Source of the DNA: a virus
Lineage: Duplodnaviria; Caudoviricetes
Reading direction: 5' to 3' (one strand)
IMG/VR virus record: IMGVR_UViG_3300030708_002328
Location: 1-27,990 of that record
Length of the DNA stretch: 27,990 nucleotides
This document shows, in pieces, positions 8,849 to 18,929 of the stretch (position 1 is its first letter; every line of letters begins with the position of its first letter). The position numbers were made by a program, and so were the translations under genes. The notes under the pieces are model-generated. The model made no database searches. It saw only the letters and a list, made by a program, of their open reading frames with translations, and was not told where the DNA came from.

Positions 8849-10420
8849 TTAAGGTAATGGATTGTCGTCTGGCCTTTCACTTGTTCCGTCAAAATATGCA
8901 TCATCAAGAACCATGTTTTCAAACGCTTGGTCATATGCTTGTCTAAGGAAGTTTTGTATTTCTCTTCTTCCTTTGTCTTTTAAACCTTCAGGTATAGTAA
9001 TAACTCTAGGTGCATATTTAGCTCTTTGATCAGCTGTCATGTCTTCATCGTCACCAGTTCTTATTTCACTTGGATATATAACAATTTGATCACCTGGAGC
9101 TAAAGGTCTACTATTCATGTCATCGTCTGTAAAGTTTCCAGAATTTTCAATTGCCTCAAGCACTTCACTTCTTTGAGCGCCATCATAATCTTTACCCGCG
9201 GTGTTCCATCGGCCACTTATAAAGCCTATTTCTAAAGGTGCGCCTTCATCTGTTATTAAACCCGCGCCATCAAAAACCTGGCTTATTTGACTAGAATATA
9301 TTTCACCTGCTTTACCATTTACTACGTTTGTGCTGCTTAGCGCTCTTCTTACGTCATCATTTATTTGCATAGTCTTAACTATGTTAAATGACTTTTCATC
9401 ACCAGTTACAGAAAATGCTCTATAAGCAGAGTTAATTCTTTGTCTTGATTTTTGATCTCGTTGAAACTCTCTAAACTTAGGTAAGTATGTATCTTTAAAA
9501 AACTGCGTGATACCTTCTTTTAATTCACCTTTATTAGCTGGATCTTGCCACCACTTACCATACTCAGAGTTAGGATTTTCTTTTTGATATTTTTCTTGTC
9601 TTGTTTTTACAAACTCTATATCATCAAATGTTTCTGAGCCATTTACTGATTCAAAATCACCAGCAAAACTTCTCAATTGATCAAAGTTTAATGTGTTTGT
9701 AAAGTTTCTTATGTCTTGTGTCCATGCTGATTCGTTCCACTTACCTTCGCCAATAAGCTTAACAGCATCGTTATATTTAGCATTGACTGCTTCTATTTCT
9801 TTTGTAGCAGGTGGAACAACTCTAGGCTCTTCACCCTCATACGCTATGTCAGTTTTTTCGTTACCGTCTTGATCAATCCATGTATATTCAACACCAAATC
9901 TACCATCTTTAAAAACTGGTTTTGTGTTTTTAGAATTATTATAACCAAATAATTTATTTCTTTCGTTTACACTTAAACCCTCTGTTATAGCTCCTTCTTC
10001 AGCAAGCTTTGCAAACTCACTTGCGTTTTCTTTCCATAAACCTATTTTAGTTCTCATGCCAGCCATGCCTGTTTTTAATTCAGACATTTTAGCTACAGCA
10101 TCAATATATTCTTTGCTAGTTTTATCTCTTGTTGTTTTGACAGTTTGTGCAGCTGCTGCATACTCTTGCTTTTGTCTTGCTAATTCAGCTGTCATTTCTG
10201 GTCCCCAGTCCTCAGGGTATTCACTTGTTTTTAATTCTTCTATTTCATACGCTGTCATAGTTTCGGAATACTTATCCTCTGCTTTTTTACGTATGTCTAC
10301 TTCTTTTTCTATAGCTTTACCTAAAGTCTCATCAATAGTTTTGCTGTAGTCTACAAACTTATTTGCTTCACCTAATGCTTTTTGTTGTTGTAATAATATA
10401 CTTGTTGATTCTAATGCCAT
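8849..10420 (-). CDS. Putative internal virion (cargo/ejection) protein
   Basis: 523-aa ORF with a helical, charged N-terminal half, lying between the pilot-like gene and the giant gene. This is the usual three-gene ejectosome arrangement of podoviruses. Function inferred from position only. Confidence 0.55.
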   Translation of the reverse strand: MALESTSILLQQQKALGEANKFVDYSKTIDETLGKAIEKEVDIRKKAEDKYSETMTAYEIEELKTSEYPEDWGPEMTAELARQKQEYAAAAQTVKTTRDKTSKEYIDAVAKMSELKTGMAGMRTKIGLWKENASEFAKLAEEGAITEGLSVNERNKLFGYNNSKNTKPVFKDGRFGVEYTWIDQDGNEKTDIAYEGEEPRVVPPATKEIEAVNAKYNDAVKLIGEGKWNESAWTQDIRNFTNTLNFDQLRSFAGDFESVNGSETFDDIEFVKTRQEKYQKENPNSEYGKWWQDPANKGELKEGITQFFKDTYLPKFREFQRDQKSRQRINSAYRAFSVTGDEKSFNIVKTMQINDDVRRALSSTNVVNGKAGEIYSSQISQVFDGAGLITDEGAPLEIGFISGRWNTAGKDYDGAQRSEVLEAIENSGNFTDDDMNSRPLAPGDQIVIYPSEIRTGDDEDMTADQRAKYAPRVITIPEGLKDKGRREIQNFLRQAYDQAFENMVLDDAYFDGTSERPDDNPLP

Positions 10421-10431
10421 ATCTCTTTATT

Positions 10432-11040
10432 TTAACCTGCGCCTACAAAGCTTAATGCTGCACCTGCTACATTACCTATACCACCGACCAATGCTTGTGT
10501 AGCATCTTTTCTTGCTTGATCAGCTATTGCTTTCCTTTGTGTTGCTAATGCTAATAATGTTTCGTTTTTATCTCTCACTCTTTGTTCTGCAGCCATTTGC
10601 GCGTTAAATCTAAACTGCTCGCCTTGACCTATAAGTGTTTGATTACGTGATTCTTGTTGACCTATACCACCAGCTATTTGTGCTAAGTTACCTTGTTGCT
10701 GCTGTGATAACGCTTGAGCTAAACCAGCTATACCTGATCCACCAGCTGCACCTCTTAGTTGTGCCATTGTGTTAGCTGCTATTTGCTGTTGTTGTCTCGC
10801 TTGAAACTGTGCTTGTAATTGATTAACAGTGATGTTATCAAAAGGGTTTATTGGTTGACTACCATAATAGTCCATTTGTTCAAATGAAGCCATCCTGTCT
10901 CTATATGCGTTTCTAGCTTCTGCTTGCTCTTCTCTTCTAGCTCTTCCACCTACTATACTAGATACTATGCTACCTAAGCCGCCTATACCGCCGCCTATTG
11001 CCTCTACCTGTCCTGATGTTAAATCTTCAAATATACTCAT
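10432..11040 (-). CDS. Gly/Ala/Gln-rich ejection (DNA pilot-like) internal virion protein
   Basis: 202 aa with Gly-rich hydrophobic ends (AIGGGIGGLGSIVSSIVGG; ALVGGIGNVAGAALSFVGAG) around a Gln-rich coiled-coil core, the composition typical of small podovirus ejection proteins. Confidence 0.65.
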   Translation of the reverse strand: MSIFEDLTSGQVEAIGGGIGGLGSIVSSIVGGRARREEQAEARNAYRDRMASFEQMDYYGSQPINPFDNITVNQLQAQFQARQQQQIAANTMAQLRGAAGGSGIAGLAQALSQQQQGNLAQIAGGIGQQESRNQTLIGQGEQFRFNAQMAAEQRVRDKNETLLALATQRKAIADQARKDATQALVGGIGNVAGAALSFVGAG

Positions 11041-11066
11041 GTTATTATAATTACATTAATTTTGTT

Positions 11067-11564
11067 TTATTTACTACTTTCAAATACCTCGCTACCTACA
11101 GCGAATAGTTCTGTCTTTTTACTGCTACCAGGTGTTAACCTCATTTTAACCTGCATGTAATAACCTAACAAACCGTTAGCTTGCGCTACCTTATCTTTAA
11201 CAACAAAGAAGTAATAGTTACTTCTTGTGCCTGTTGCAAAAGGCCAAAAGCCATCTGACCAATCAGTGCTATTGGCTGTTGATACACCTAAACCAATATT
11301 GACCACGTCTTTTAAATCTAAAACATGTTTGTTTTGGCTTGCATCATAGTCTGCTGTGTCATAAATACTTGTGTCTATAGTTAGTACAGTAGTACTTTTT
11401 GCTATTATAGGACCAACTAAATAAGGTGTAGCCATGCTACCAGATGATACATCTGAAACATATAATAAGTCGTATGCTCTATCGTCTACGTCAAAACTGC
11501 CATAACCAGCTGCGCTTCTTGCTTCTATGTCTACTGGTATTTCATTGAATGATATTGTTGCCAT
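11067..11564 (-). CDS. Tail-associated protein, probably related to the muzzle C-terminal segment
   Basis: 165-aa ORF starting 2 nt after the muzzle stop. It ends in GLLGYYMQVKM...TELFAVGSEVFESSK, which I recall as resembling tail-stabilisation protein C-termini in this phage group (unverified). Confidence 0.5.
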   Translation of the reverse strand: MATISFNEIPVDIEARSAAGYGSFDVDDRAYDLLYVSDVSSGSMATPYLVGPIIAKSTTVLTIDTSIYDTADYDASQNKHVLDLKDVVNIGLGVSTANSTDWSDGFWPFATGTRSNYYFFVVKDKVAQANGLLGYYMQVKMRLTPGSSKKTELFAVGSEVFESSK

Positions 11565-11566
11565 AA

Positions 11567-14500
11567 TTAATCGTTATTACTTACTGTTACATCTGCTGTT
11601 ACTGTTGAGCCATTTGATATAGCTCCATTAGCTAATACTTTAAAGTTAGCTATTGCTGTATCACCAGATTTTATTCTTCCAAATTTATCACCTTTACCAG
11701 ACTCAAGTACAAGCGTTGCGTCTGATGTGTTGTTATCAACACTTCCTGTTCCGCCAAAGTTATCAACAACAACTTTTAAATTATCTATATACTTACCATG
11801 AGCCGCGTCTGTAAAGGTTACCCTATACATAAATTGTAGCGGTGCATTATCTGCTAAATCAGTAAATGTACTACCAGATAATTCTTCAATGTCTGAGTTT
11901 ATATAACTACCTTGACCTGTCAATGTTGTGGTAGAGACTGTGCCAGCGCTACCAGATGTTTTTACGTTATTAGAAAGTTCTAGTACATTTACAGTGTTTA
12001 AGTAAAAAGTATCATCAGCTGATCCGAATTTAATAACTTCAAACTGAACGTTTATACCACCTCTTCCGCCTGTACCAAGCTGACCAAAATTGTGATCAAT
12101 AACTTTTAATTGCGTTCCGTTTGCTAGTATCAAAAACCCAGTATCAGAGTCATATGGATTAGTGCCGTCTGGATTTAAAAAGTCATTGACAACATCTAAA
12201 TCATCTACTTTAACAACAACACTAGTATCGTCGTTGCTATTATCTCTTCTTAATTGATACAAAACGTTAAACACATTATTTTCTACCGGATCCTCAGTGT
12301 TAGCAATGTTTTTAATTAAAGTAGTTGATGTTGTCGGGTTTGCTACATTACCAAGATCACCTAATAAAGACTTGTTTGTTAATTGAATTGTGTTTTTAAG
12401 TGAGTTAGTTGGAGTACTTGGTAAAGGTGAAGTTGTACTTGAATCTGTCATAAATGGAGCAACACCAACCCTTAGAGTTTGTTTAATAGTATACAGTACT
12501 TGGCCATCATCAACACCATCTGTATCATCAAACTCATCTGTTATAACGTAACCCGTTGTTTCATCTAGTAATACATAGACATTTCTTTCTCCTGAGGTTG
12601 AGTTTGCTGTAACTTTTATTATTGCTTTAGCTTGACCGTCACTTCCTATAGTTACTGTTTTTTGACCTGTTGAAAAGCCGTTACCATCTAATATGTTTAT
12701 AGCAAGGTCTGTACCAGTTGAAGAAACTACACTAGCACTAAGTAAAACCTGCGCACCTACAGATCCTCTTATTATTATCTCTCTTTCTTCTTCGTCTTTT
12801 GAAAACGCTGACTGAGATATTTCAGCCGCAAATATAGCGTTTGTTTCAAGGCTAACAGCTTTGTTTGGACTAGATATTATCTTAATATTCTCAGCTGTAA
12901 GATTTTTATTAACTCTTGACCCAACAACTTTAAATGTATAACCTGTGCCTTGTGCTGTAGGTCCAGTAACCTCATAGTTATCTTGTATTTCACCTGATAC
13001 AACTAATTGAGGTAAATTGTCATCAGTAAATTCATGGTTAGACTGTGGGGTTACTAATACATTTAATAGTGTTTCGCTACTATTGCTACTTCCAGACGTT
13101 GTCCAAGAAGATCCATCAGCCGCTGTAGCTGATATAACACCACCACCATCTATATCATTTATAGAAGAGTTTGTTATAGTTTTATTAAACGTACCAGCTA
13201 ACGTAAAGTCATTAGTAGATATTTTACCTGACGTTACAAGAGGTAAGTCTAACTCAATATTTTCAGGTAACATTTTAAAGCTATTTAGCTTTGTAGATAT
13301 AACCATATTACCATCTGAGTTTATTGACGCTGACGTGTTGCCACTATCTGTTGTTGCTAAGTAGTTTGTATTAAAACTTCCAAATGTAAAAGCTGAATCA
13401 AACTTGTAACCTGCTTTTGGTTTAACAATAAACGTAAACGTGTTTGATGCTGTTGCGCCAGGTAGCACATTAACACTTTGATCATCTGGTATTATTATAT
13501 TACCACCATCGCTGTTACCTATACTAACTGTAACTTTATGCTTTTTAACATGTTTCATATGAGCAAAGTATTTGTTTTCTTTTGCTTTAAACGAAACATC
13601 AGCTCCAGTTTCTTGATCTGTTGTTATTTCATCTGCAACCCAACCGGTATCACCTTCATAGTTAAGTGTTTTAAATTTCTTTATAGCGTTTCTATTTTCA
13701 TTAAATATAATGTCTATAGTTGAGTCTGCTTGCGCAGCGCCATAAAATGTATTTTTATCAACATCATGTGTGTGTTCGTATAAGTCACCATCTTTAAACG
13801 TGTAATATGTATTGTTAAGTGATATACCATACTCTGGTATGTATGACTTTCTACTTGGCCAACCATCAACAGCTTCTTTAAAACTAACAGTATCATTGTT
13901 TAGCGTTATGTTATAACTGTTGTTATCTTCATTGTAGTTACCAATAACCGTGTCAGCTAAAGCTAAGTTATCACTAAAGTAATCACCCATACCTTTGCCA
14001 GATATATCAGTTAAACCGTCAATTGATAACCTTAATACCTTACCCCTGTCTTTATCAGCAAAGTAACTTCTATAACTAAAATCAGCAAATGATTCAGGGT
14101 TTTTACTTATACCAAAATCACCAGCATAAGGCACTGCTTGACCTAAAACATTATTGGTTGATACTAGTCTAGAGTCACCATCTGCTTCAAACACAGCATC
14201 TTTGTTAGCTAATACCTTTAATACTTTATCTTCACATAGCACCGTAAGATCGTTATCTCTAGCGTGTAGCTTTTGTATAGAGCCATATACGTCGTTAATA
14301 TCCTTTGTTATTTTTTCTGCCTGTATAAATTGATTTAATTTATTAACACCGCTTGTAGAGTTAAATATACCTGAATATATTATACTTGTTTTTCTTCTTT
14401 CTTCTGCAAATGGTTCATCTAGCGTTGCTGATGCTGTAGCGCCTTTATCTATACGTATACCATTAAAATCATCTCTAACCCTGTCTGACTCAACGCCGTT

Positions 14501-17500
14501 ACCAAAGCTAAAACAGTTGTACCATATTCTACTACCGTTTCTATTGTTACCTAAATTTTGCTCAGTACCATGGTCTGCTATTGGATATGCATCACTTGCT
14601 TCGTAGTATAAATCAAGATCTGTTATAGAAGGTTTTGGTTCTGTTTCCCATACAGCAGGGTTACCTGTTTTCTTTTGAACTTGATTAGTTCTTTTTCTCC
14701 ATAATTTTATTGTAGCGTAGTTTAATCTTTTTCTTATAGGAAATACTTGACCAGTACCTAAACCATCTACACGTAAGTTACCACCGTCTGCACCACCTGT
14801 TTGAGAGAATAAAGGTCCCCATACTATCGGAGACTCTAATATTATATCATATCTAATACCTCTGTTAGCGCTACTAGAGTGTCGTCTTGTTGAGTTAAAG
14901 TTTCTTACAGCTGTTAACTTTACATCTCTTATTTTAATTCTATTGTTATTTGGGTCACCAGCAAATGACATATATAAGCCCTTTTGACCTCTTAACATTT
15001 CATGAAACTGAAAGTCTGTTTGGCCTGTTATTCTTTTGTTCTCATCATTTCTTGCTGTAAAGTCTCTTTCTTTAGGTGCTGTAGTATCTGAATTTCTTCT
15101 GTCATCGCCATAATCTATATAACGTAACATTAATCTGTTATTACCTTTTTTAGGACCAACAATTGTATTTGTTTGTACGAAACTACCATTTGCTCTATTA
15201 ACTGTAAAAGCCGCTGTGCCAGCCGCTAGAGCACCTGTTGGTTTGTTACCATTTAAATCTAAATCATGCTCTATAACAAAACCAGCGCCAGCAAAATCAC
15301 TTCTTCTTGCGTCATCTACATAAGGTGTAGCTACCGATCCAGTTGATGAAGCCTGCTTTTCTGTTAGTGTTTTACTAGCAGCTACTGTGTCGTTAAAATC
15401 TATTAGCTTAAGTTTAGCCTCAGCTACTTGATCAAACTCATCAGCTGGTCCACCAAATATATTTTCAGCTACAATATCATCACGCTTTAACTTAACAAAA
15501 AATCTTCCTGAAAACTCTTCGTTTTGTGTTATTATTTCTTCAGAGAATAATTGTAATTTTAAATCATCTATTCTATTATCTTTAGTACCAACCCAGTTAA
15601 CATCAGCGCCAAACTTCTTTACCAATGTAAACTCATAATAATCATCAGCATCATTAAAATCACTACCACCACCATTATCAAACTTAGTTACCTTTTCTAT
15701 TTGATAATAGTTAGTAGCACGTACGTCTGTTATATCTGTAATACGTATAAACTTATTTTGGTTAAAAAAGTTATCGTTGCTAGCTAAGTCTCTTAACTCA
15801 CTGTCATCAACACCTATTTTATCACCAGCTATTCTAAATGTTCTAAAACCTTCACGAGGGTGGCCAACTAAAGTATTTGGAAATAACTTACTAGTGTCCG
15901 ATAACTCACCTATTAATTCTTTTTTTCTTGCTATAAACTCAGGCGGTTGGTTTTGTATGTCTAGTATTTTATATTTTTTTGATTTAACACCATACTCATC
16001 TGGATCAAAAGCTACGTTTTTACCGTTTTGTTTTTTCAGTATTAAGTAATCATCTTCTGTTAATTTGTTTCTTTCTGATGAAGGAAAGCTTAACCAGAAG
16101 TTATCTTCTTCACCTTCATAAAACCTATCCATTACAACATTGTAATACTCGTTTGAATTTTCTTTTATGTAATACTTATAGTGTGTTGCCCAGGTTGGAG
16201 CATCTGAATTTATTTTAGCTTTTAATGTATTCTTTTTATCTGCGTATGTACCATCTAATCTTAGTGAACTATCAGAGCTTGTAAACACAGGCGACTGTCT
16301 ACCAAACTCATCTAAATAAACAACACCAACCTGATATGTTCTTAAACTTTTAGCTGATGGCTCAGGTGTGTTTCTATCAACTTCTGTAGGTGTGTTTGTT
16401 AATTTAATTTTAACAGCTTCTCTAAATGTATTGTTTTGAAGATAATTACCATACATTAATCTACCAGCTGTAATTTCTTGTGCCTTAGCTTTACGTGGTA
16501 CGTTATCATAAGGTCTTAGTGTTTGATTTGATTCAATAGTTTTTTCTATTTGCTCAGACGTTATAGTTATAGATTTTTCTTTATTCTTTAATGTAGATAC
16601 TAAATAAACATTAGGAGCGTTTGACTCTTTGTACAACACGTCAACCTCAACTACATCAGGTGGTAGCGTATCAAAAGTATTAAGTGTTATTTTTCTAACA
16701 TTGTTAACCATATTAACATTATGGCCTTCTTCCATGTTATATATAAAATCTTCATCATCAGGTATAAATGCTACGCCTGTAAATGGTGAAAACGCCGAGT
16801 ACTCACCGTCGTTGTATTTCCATCTATATGCAAATCTAGGAAACTTGTCTTGAAAAAACGAATCACCTTCTTCAAGCTCGATGTTCCATAGTTGATTATC
16901 AGCACTTAACATTTCATCTGAAGTAGATAATAGTATAACAGTCACCGTTGTACTAGCGCTACTTACATCGTCTATGGATTTTATACTAACTCTAGCCGTG
17001 TATACTGTAGCATTATCTGTAGTTGTAACTTTTAATATATCATCTTCTTTATAATCTGGTTGACCAGTTAACACTAAAGTAATTTCACTACCTATAGCCT
17101 TTGGCGTTGTTGAATTATCTGACTCAACAAACTTATCACCGTCAGTATCGATGAATGTAGAGTCTACTATACCTTCTCTTAATGTTCTTTTTATAACTAA
17201 GTTTGGTGCTGCTTTTGGATATTTTTTAATTACAGTGATATGTTCTTCTAGTAAATCACCTCCATATATCTGTGTGTGTGAATCAAAGTCGCCGTTAGTA
17301 GCTGCTTTAAATCTATTTACGTTTATTTTTTTTGGCTCAGAGTTATCATCTGTAAAAAATAACAGGTCATCAATTATATTTATACCTGTTATTAAAAAGT
17401 TTTCACTAAACTTAAACACATCACTAGTTGCTTTTACAGCAACAGCAACTGGTGAAACTACACTTGACGCGGCATCATATTCTAATATAGCGTCTTTATT

Positions 17501-17764
17501 ATCAGATGTAACGAACCAATATATTTTGTCGTTCTCTGTGTCTCTTGCTGCTCCAATACATTTAGGGTTAGTGTAACCATCAAAGACTGTTGATGCTGTT
17601 ATTTTAGAATTACCGTTTGATGCTTCTATAGCAAAAGCATCAGAAGTTTCTGATGTAGAAACTTCAATGTTTAAGGCGTCTCTGTATTCGCCTGGTGGTA
17701 CTAGCCTTTCATCCAAGTCTTTATTCATCTTGGATTTTAAAAATTCTCGTCTAAACTCTGGCAT
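11567..17764 (-). CDS. Tail muzzle/stabilisation protein (P22 gp10-like, crAss Tstab) with a long beta-rich C-terminal extension
   Basis: 2065 aa. N-terminus KMNKDLDERLVPPGEYRDALNI, internal FAYRWKYNDGEYSAFSPF, YQVGVVYLDEFGRQSPV and GDFGISKNPESFA, with beta-propeller-like strands. Located after the ring proteins. Confidence 0.75.
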   Translation of the reverse strand: MPEFRREFLKSKMNKDLDERLVPPGEYRDALNIEVSTSETSDAFAIEASNGNSKITASTVFDGYTNPKCIGAARDTENDKIYWFVTSDNKDAILEYDAASSVVSPVAVAVKATSDVFKFSENFLITGINIIDDLLFFTDDNSEPKKINVNRFKAATNGDFDSHTQIYGGDLLEEHITVIKKYPKAAPNLVIKRTLREGIVDSTFIDTDGDKFVESDNSTTPKAIGSEITLVLTGQPDYKEDDILKVTTTDNATVYTARVSIKSIDDVSSASTTVTVILLSTSDEMLSADNQLWNIELEEGDSFFQDKFPRFAYRWKYNDGEYSAFSPFTGVAFIPDDEDFIYNMEEGHNVNMVNNVRKITLNTFDTLPPDVVEVDVLYKESNAPNVYLVSTLKNKEKSITITSEQIEKTIESNQTLRPYDNVPRKAKAQEITAGRLMYGNYLQNNTFREAVKIKLTNTPTEVDRNTPEPSAKSLRTYQVGVVYLDEFGRQSPVFTSSDSSLRLDGTYADKKNTLKAKINSDAPTWATHYKYYIKENSNEYYNVVMDRFYEGEEDNFWLSFPSSERNKLTEDDYLILKKQNGKNVAFDPDEYGVKSKKYKILDIQNQPPEFIARKKELIGELSDTSKLFPNTLVGHPREGFRTFRIAGDKIGVDDSELRDLASNDNFFNQNKFIRITDITDVRATNYYQIEKVTKFDNGGGSDFNDADDYYEFTLVKKFGADVNWVGTKDNRIDDLKLQLFSEEIITQNEEFSGRFFVKLKRDDIVAENIFGGPADEFDQVAEAKLKLIDFNDTVAASKTLTEKQASSTGSVATPYVDDARRSDFAGAGFVIEHDLDLNGNKPTGALAAGTAAFTVNRANGSFVQTNTIVGPKKGNNRLMLRYIDYGDDRRNSDTTAPKERDFTARNDENKRITGQTDFQFHEMLRGQKGLYMSFAGDPNNNRIKIRDVKLTAVRNFNSTRRHSSSANRGIRYDIILESPIVWGPLFSQTGGADGGNLRVDGLGTGQVFPIRKRLNYATIKLWRKRTNQVQKKTGNPAVWETEPKPSITDLDLYYEASDAYPIADHGTEQNLGNNRNGSRIWYNCFSFGNGVESDRVRDDFNGIRIDKGATASATLDEPFAEERRKTSIIYSGIFNSTSGVNKLNQFIQAEKITKDINDVYGSIQKLHARDNDLTVLCEDKVLKVLANKDAVFEADGDSRLVSTNNVLGQAVPYAGDFGISKNPESFADFSYRSYFADKDRGKVLRLSIDGLTDISGKGMGDYFSDNLALADTVIGNYNEDNNSYNITLNNDTVSFKEAVDGWPSRKSYIPEYGISLNNTYYTFKDGDLYEHTHDVDKNTFYGAAQADSTIDIIFNENRNAIKKFKTLNYEGDTGWVADEITTDQETGADVSFKAKENKYFAHMKHVKKHKVTVSIGNSDGGNIIIPDDQSVNVLPGATASNTFTFIVKPKAGYKFDSAFTFGSFNTNYLATTDSGNTSASINSDGNMVISTKLNSFKMLPENIELDLPLVTSGKISTNDFTLAGTFNKTITNSSINDIDGGGVISATAADGSSWTTSGSSNSSETLLNVLVTPQSNHEFTDDNLPQLVVSGEIQDNYEVTGPTAQGTGYTFKVVGSRVNKNLTAENIKIISSPNKAVSLETNAIFAAEISQSAFSKDEEEREIIIRGSVGAQVLLSASVVSSTGTDLAINILDGNGFSTGQKTVTIGSDGQAKAIIKVTANSTSGERNVYVLLDETTGYVITDEFDDTDGVDDGQVLYTIKQTLRVGVAPFMTDSSTTSPLPSTPTNSLKNTIQLTNKSLLGDLGNVANPTTSTTLIKNIANTEDPVENNVFNVLYQLRRDNSNDDTSVVVKVDDLDVVNDFLNPDGTNPYDSDTGFLILANGTQLKVIDHNFGQLGTGGRGGINVQFEVIKFGSADDTFYLNTVNVLELSNNVKTSGSAGTVSTTTLTGQGSYINSDIEELSGSTFTDLADNAPLQFMYRVTFTDAAHGKYIDNLKVVVDNFGGTGSVDNNTSDATLVLESGKGDKFGRIKSGDTAIANFKVLANGAISNGSTVTADVTVSNND

Positions 17765-17770
17765 GCTCTA

Positions 17771-18925
17771 TTAACGTTTAATCCATTTAGATTTGTTTCT
17801 CATTATCTGAGCTAACTCCTCTGACTTAAGGTTTGATAATCTTATTTTAGCGTTGCGTAACGCTGCAAATCTTTCTCTTTTTAATAAAGGTATATAGCTA
17901 GGTGCTACAGATGTATGCGTGCTTGCTATTGAATATGCAATATGTTTATATAAAGCTTCTTCAGCAAACTTATGTATTTGCATCTCACCGTCTGTGCCTA
18001 AACTATCTGATAAGTAATTTATAACTAAATGATGGCCGCTACAATCACCACTTAAATGTATTCTACCTTGCACTTCATCAATATAAAATGTACCGTTATC
18101 TTGTGCAAACTCTGGTGATAATCCATATCGTTTACCTTCATTAAATCTAAATTCAATATCTGTATCATCACTAAGGTTTAATGATCTCTGTGTTGTTTCA
18201 GTACCTGTATTATTTGCTTCTTTAAATTTACTCCAAGCTTCTGAAGGTGATTTAGTTAACGCGTTACCATCACCATCAAATAAGTAATTATAATTATCGT
18301 CTTGTAATAAAGACGTTGGGTTGTTTGTGTACCTTGTTGGATATAATTTTTTATATATACCTTGACCATCAACTAATTGTAAGCCTATGTAGTTAACATA
18401 ATCATGTGGTAAAGGAACTATAAGCGATGGCGGTACATCTATTTCTTGTGACTTTTTAGATTTTAAGGTATCATAGCTAAACTCAGCTAAACCTCTTCTA
18501 GCATGAAATAAAACATCTGTTCTTTTTACTTTTGGTATTACTTTATTTTCGCCTACATAAGCAATTAAAAAATTATTAACAACATCATCTAAAGAAACAT
18601 ACTGGTATGTACCAAAGCTTTCACTTAATGCTCGCTCTTGTACTTTTAACGTAGCATTTGCTTTTGGTGCTCCATTGCTTTCAAGTTCATTAGTGTTGTT
18701 TGTATTACCTGAAAAAGTTATTGTTGGTGATGAGTAGCTGTAATTATCAGTGTCTATTTCAACGTCATTAACAAAAACTCTTATATCTGTCTTAGCGCTT
18801 GGCACACTAGGAAAGAAAACATTTGTTAACGTAAACGTAAGTTGACTGCCGTTTGGTTCTGTACTAAAACTACTTTGGCTTTGCTGGTAATATGCTTCTT
18901 GTGTTTTTTGAAATAGTCCTGCCAT
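17771..18925 (-). CDS. Tail ring/tubular (head-tail adaptor) protein
   Basis: 384 aa directly upstream of the muzzle gene. Helical N-part followed by VPLPHDYVNY and a C-terminal helix (FAEEALYKHIAY), resembling P22 gp4/T7 gp11-type adaptors. Confidence 0.6.
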   Translation of the reverse strand: MAGLFQKTQEAYYQQSQSSFSTEPNGSQLTFTLTNVFFPSVPSAKTDIRVFVNDVEIDTDNYSYSSPTITFSGNTNNTNELESNGAPKANATLKVQERALSESFGTYQYVSLDDVVNNFLIAYVGENKVIPKVKRTDVLFHARRGLAEFSYDTLKSKKSQEIDVPPSLIVPLPHDYVNYIGLQLVDGQGIYKKLYPTRYTNNPTSLLQDDNYNYLFDGDGNALTKSPSEAWSKFKEANNTGTETTQRSLNLSDDTDIEFRFNEGKRYGLSPEFAQDNGTFYIDEVQGRIHLSGDCSGHHLVINYLSDSLGTDGEMQIHKFAEEALYKHIAYSIASTHTSVAPSYIPLLKRERFAALRNAKIRLSNLKSEELAQIMRNKSKWIKR

Positions 18926-18929
18926 TTAA

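Noticed and set aside
13714-13896. 60-aa alternative-frame minus-strand ORF inside the muzzle gene
   Set aside because: Short enough to occur by chance, with no compositional anomaly, unlike the terL case.
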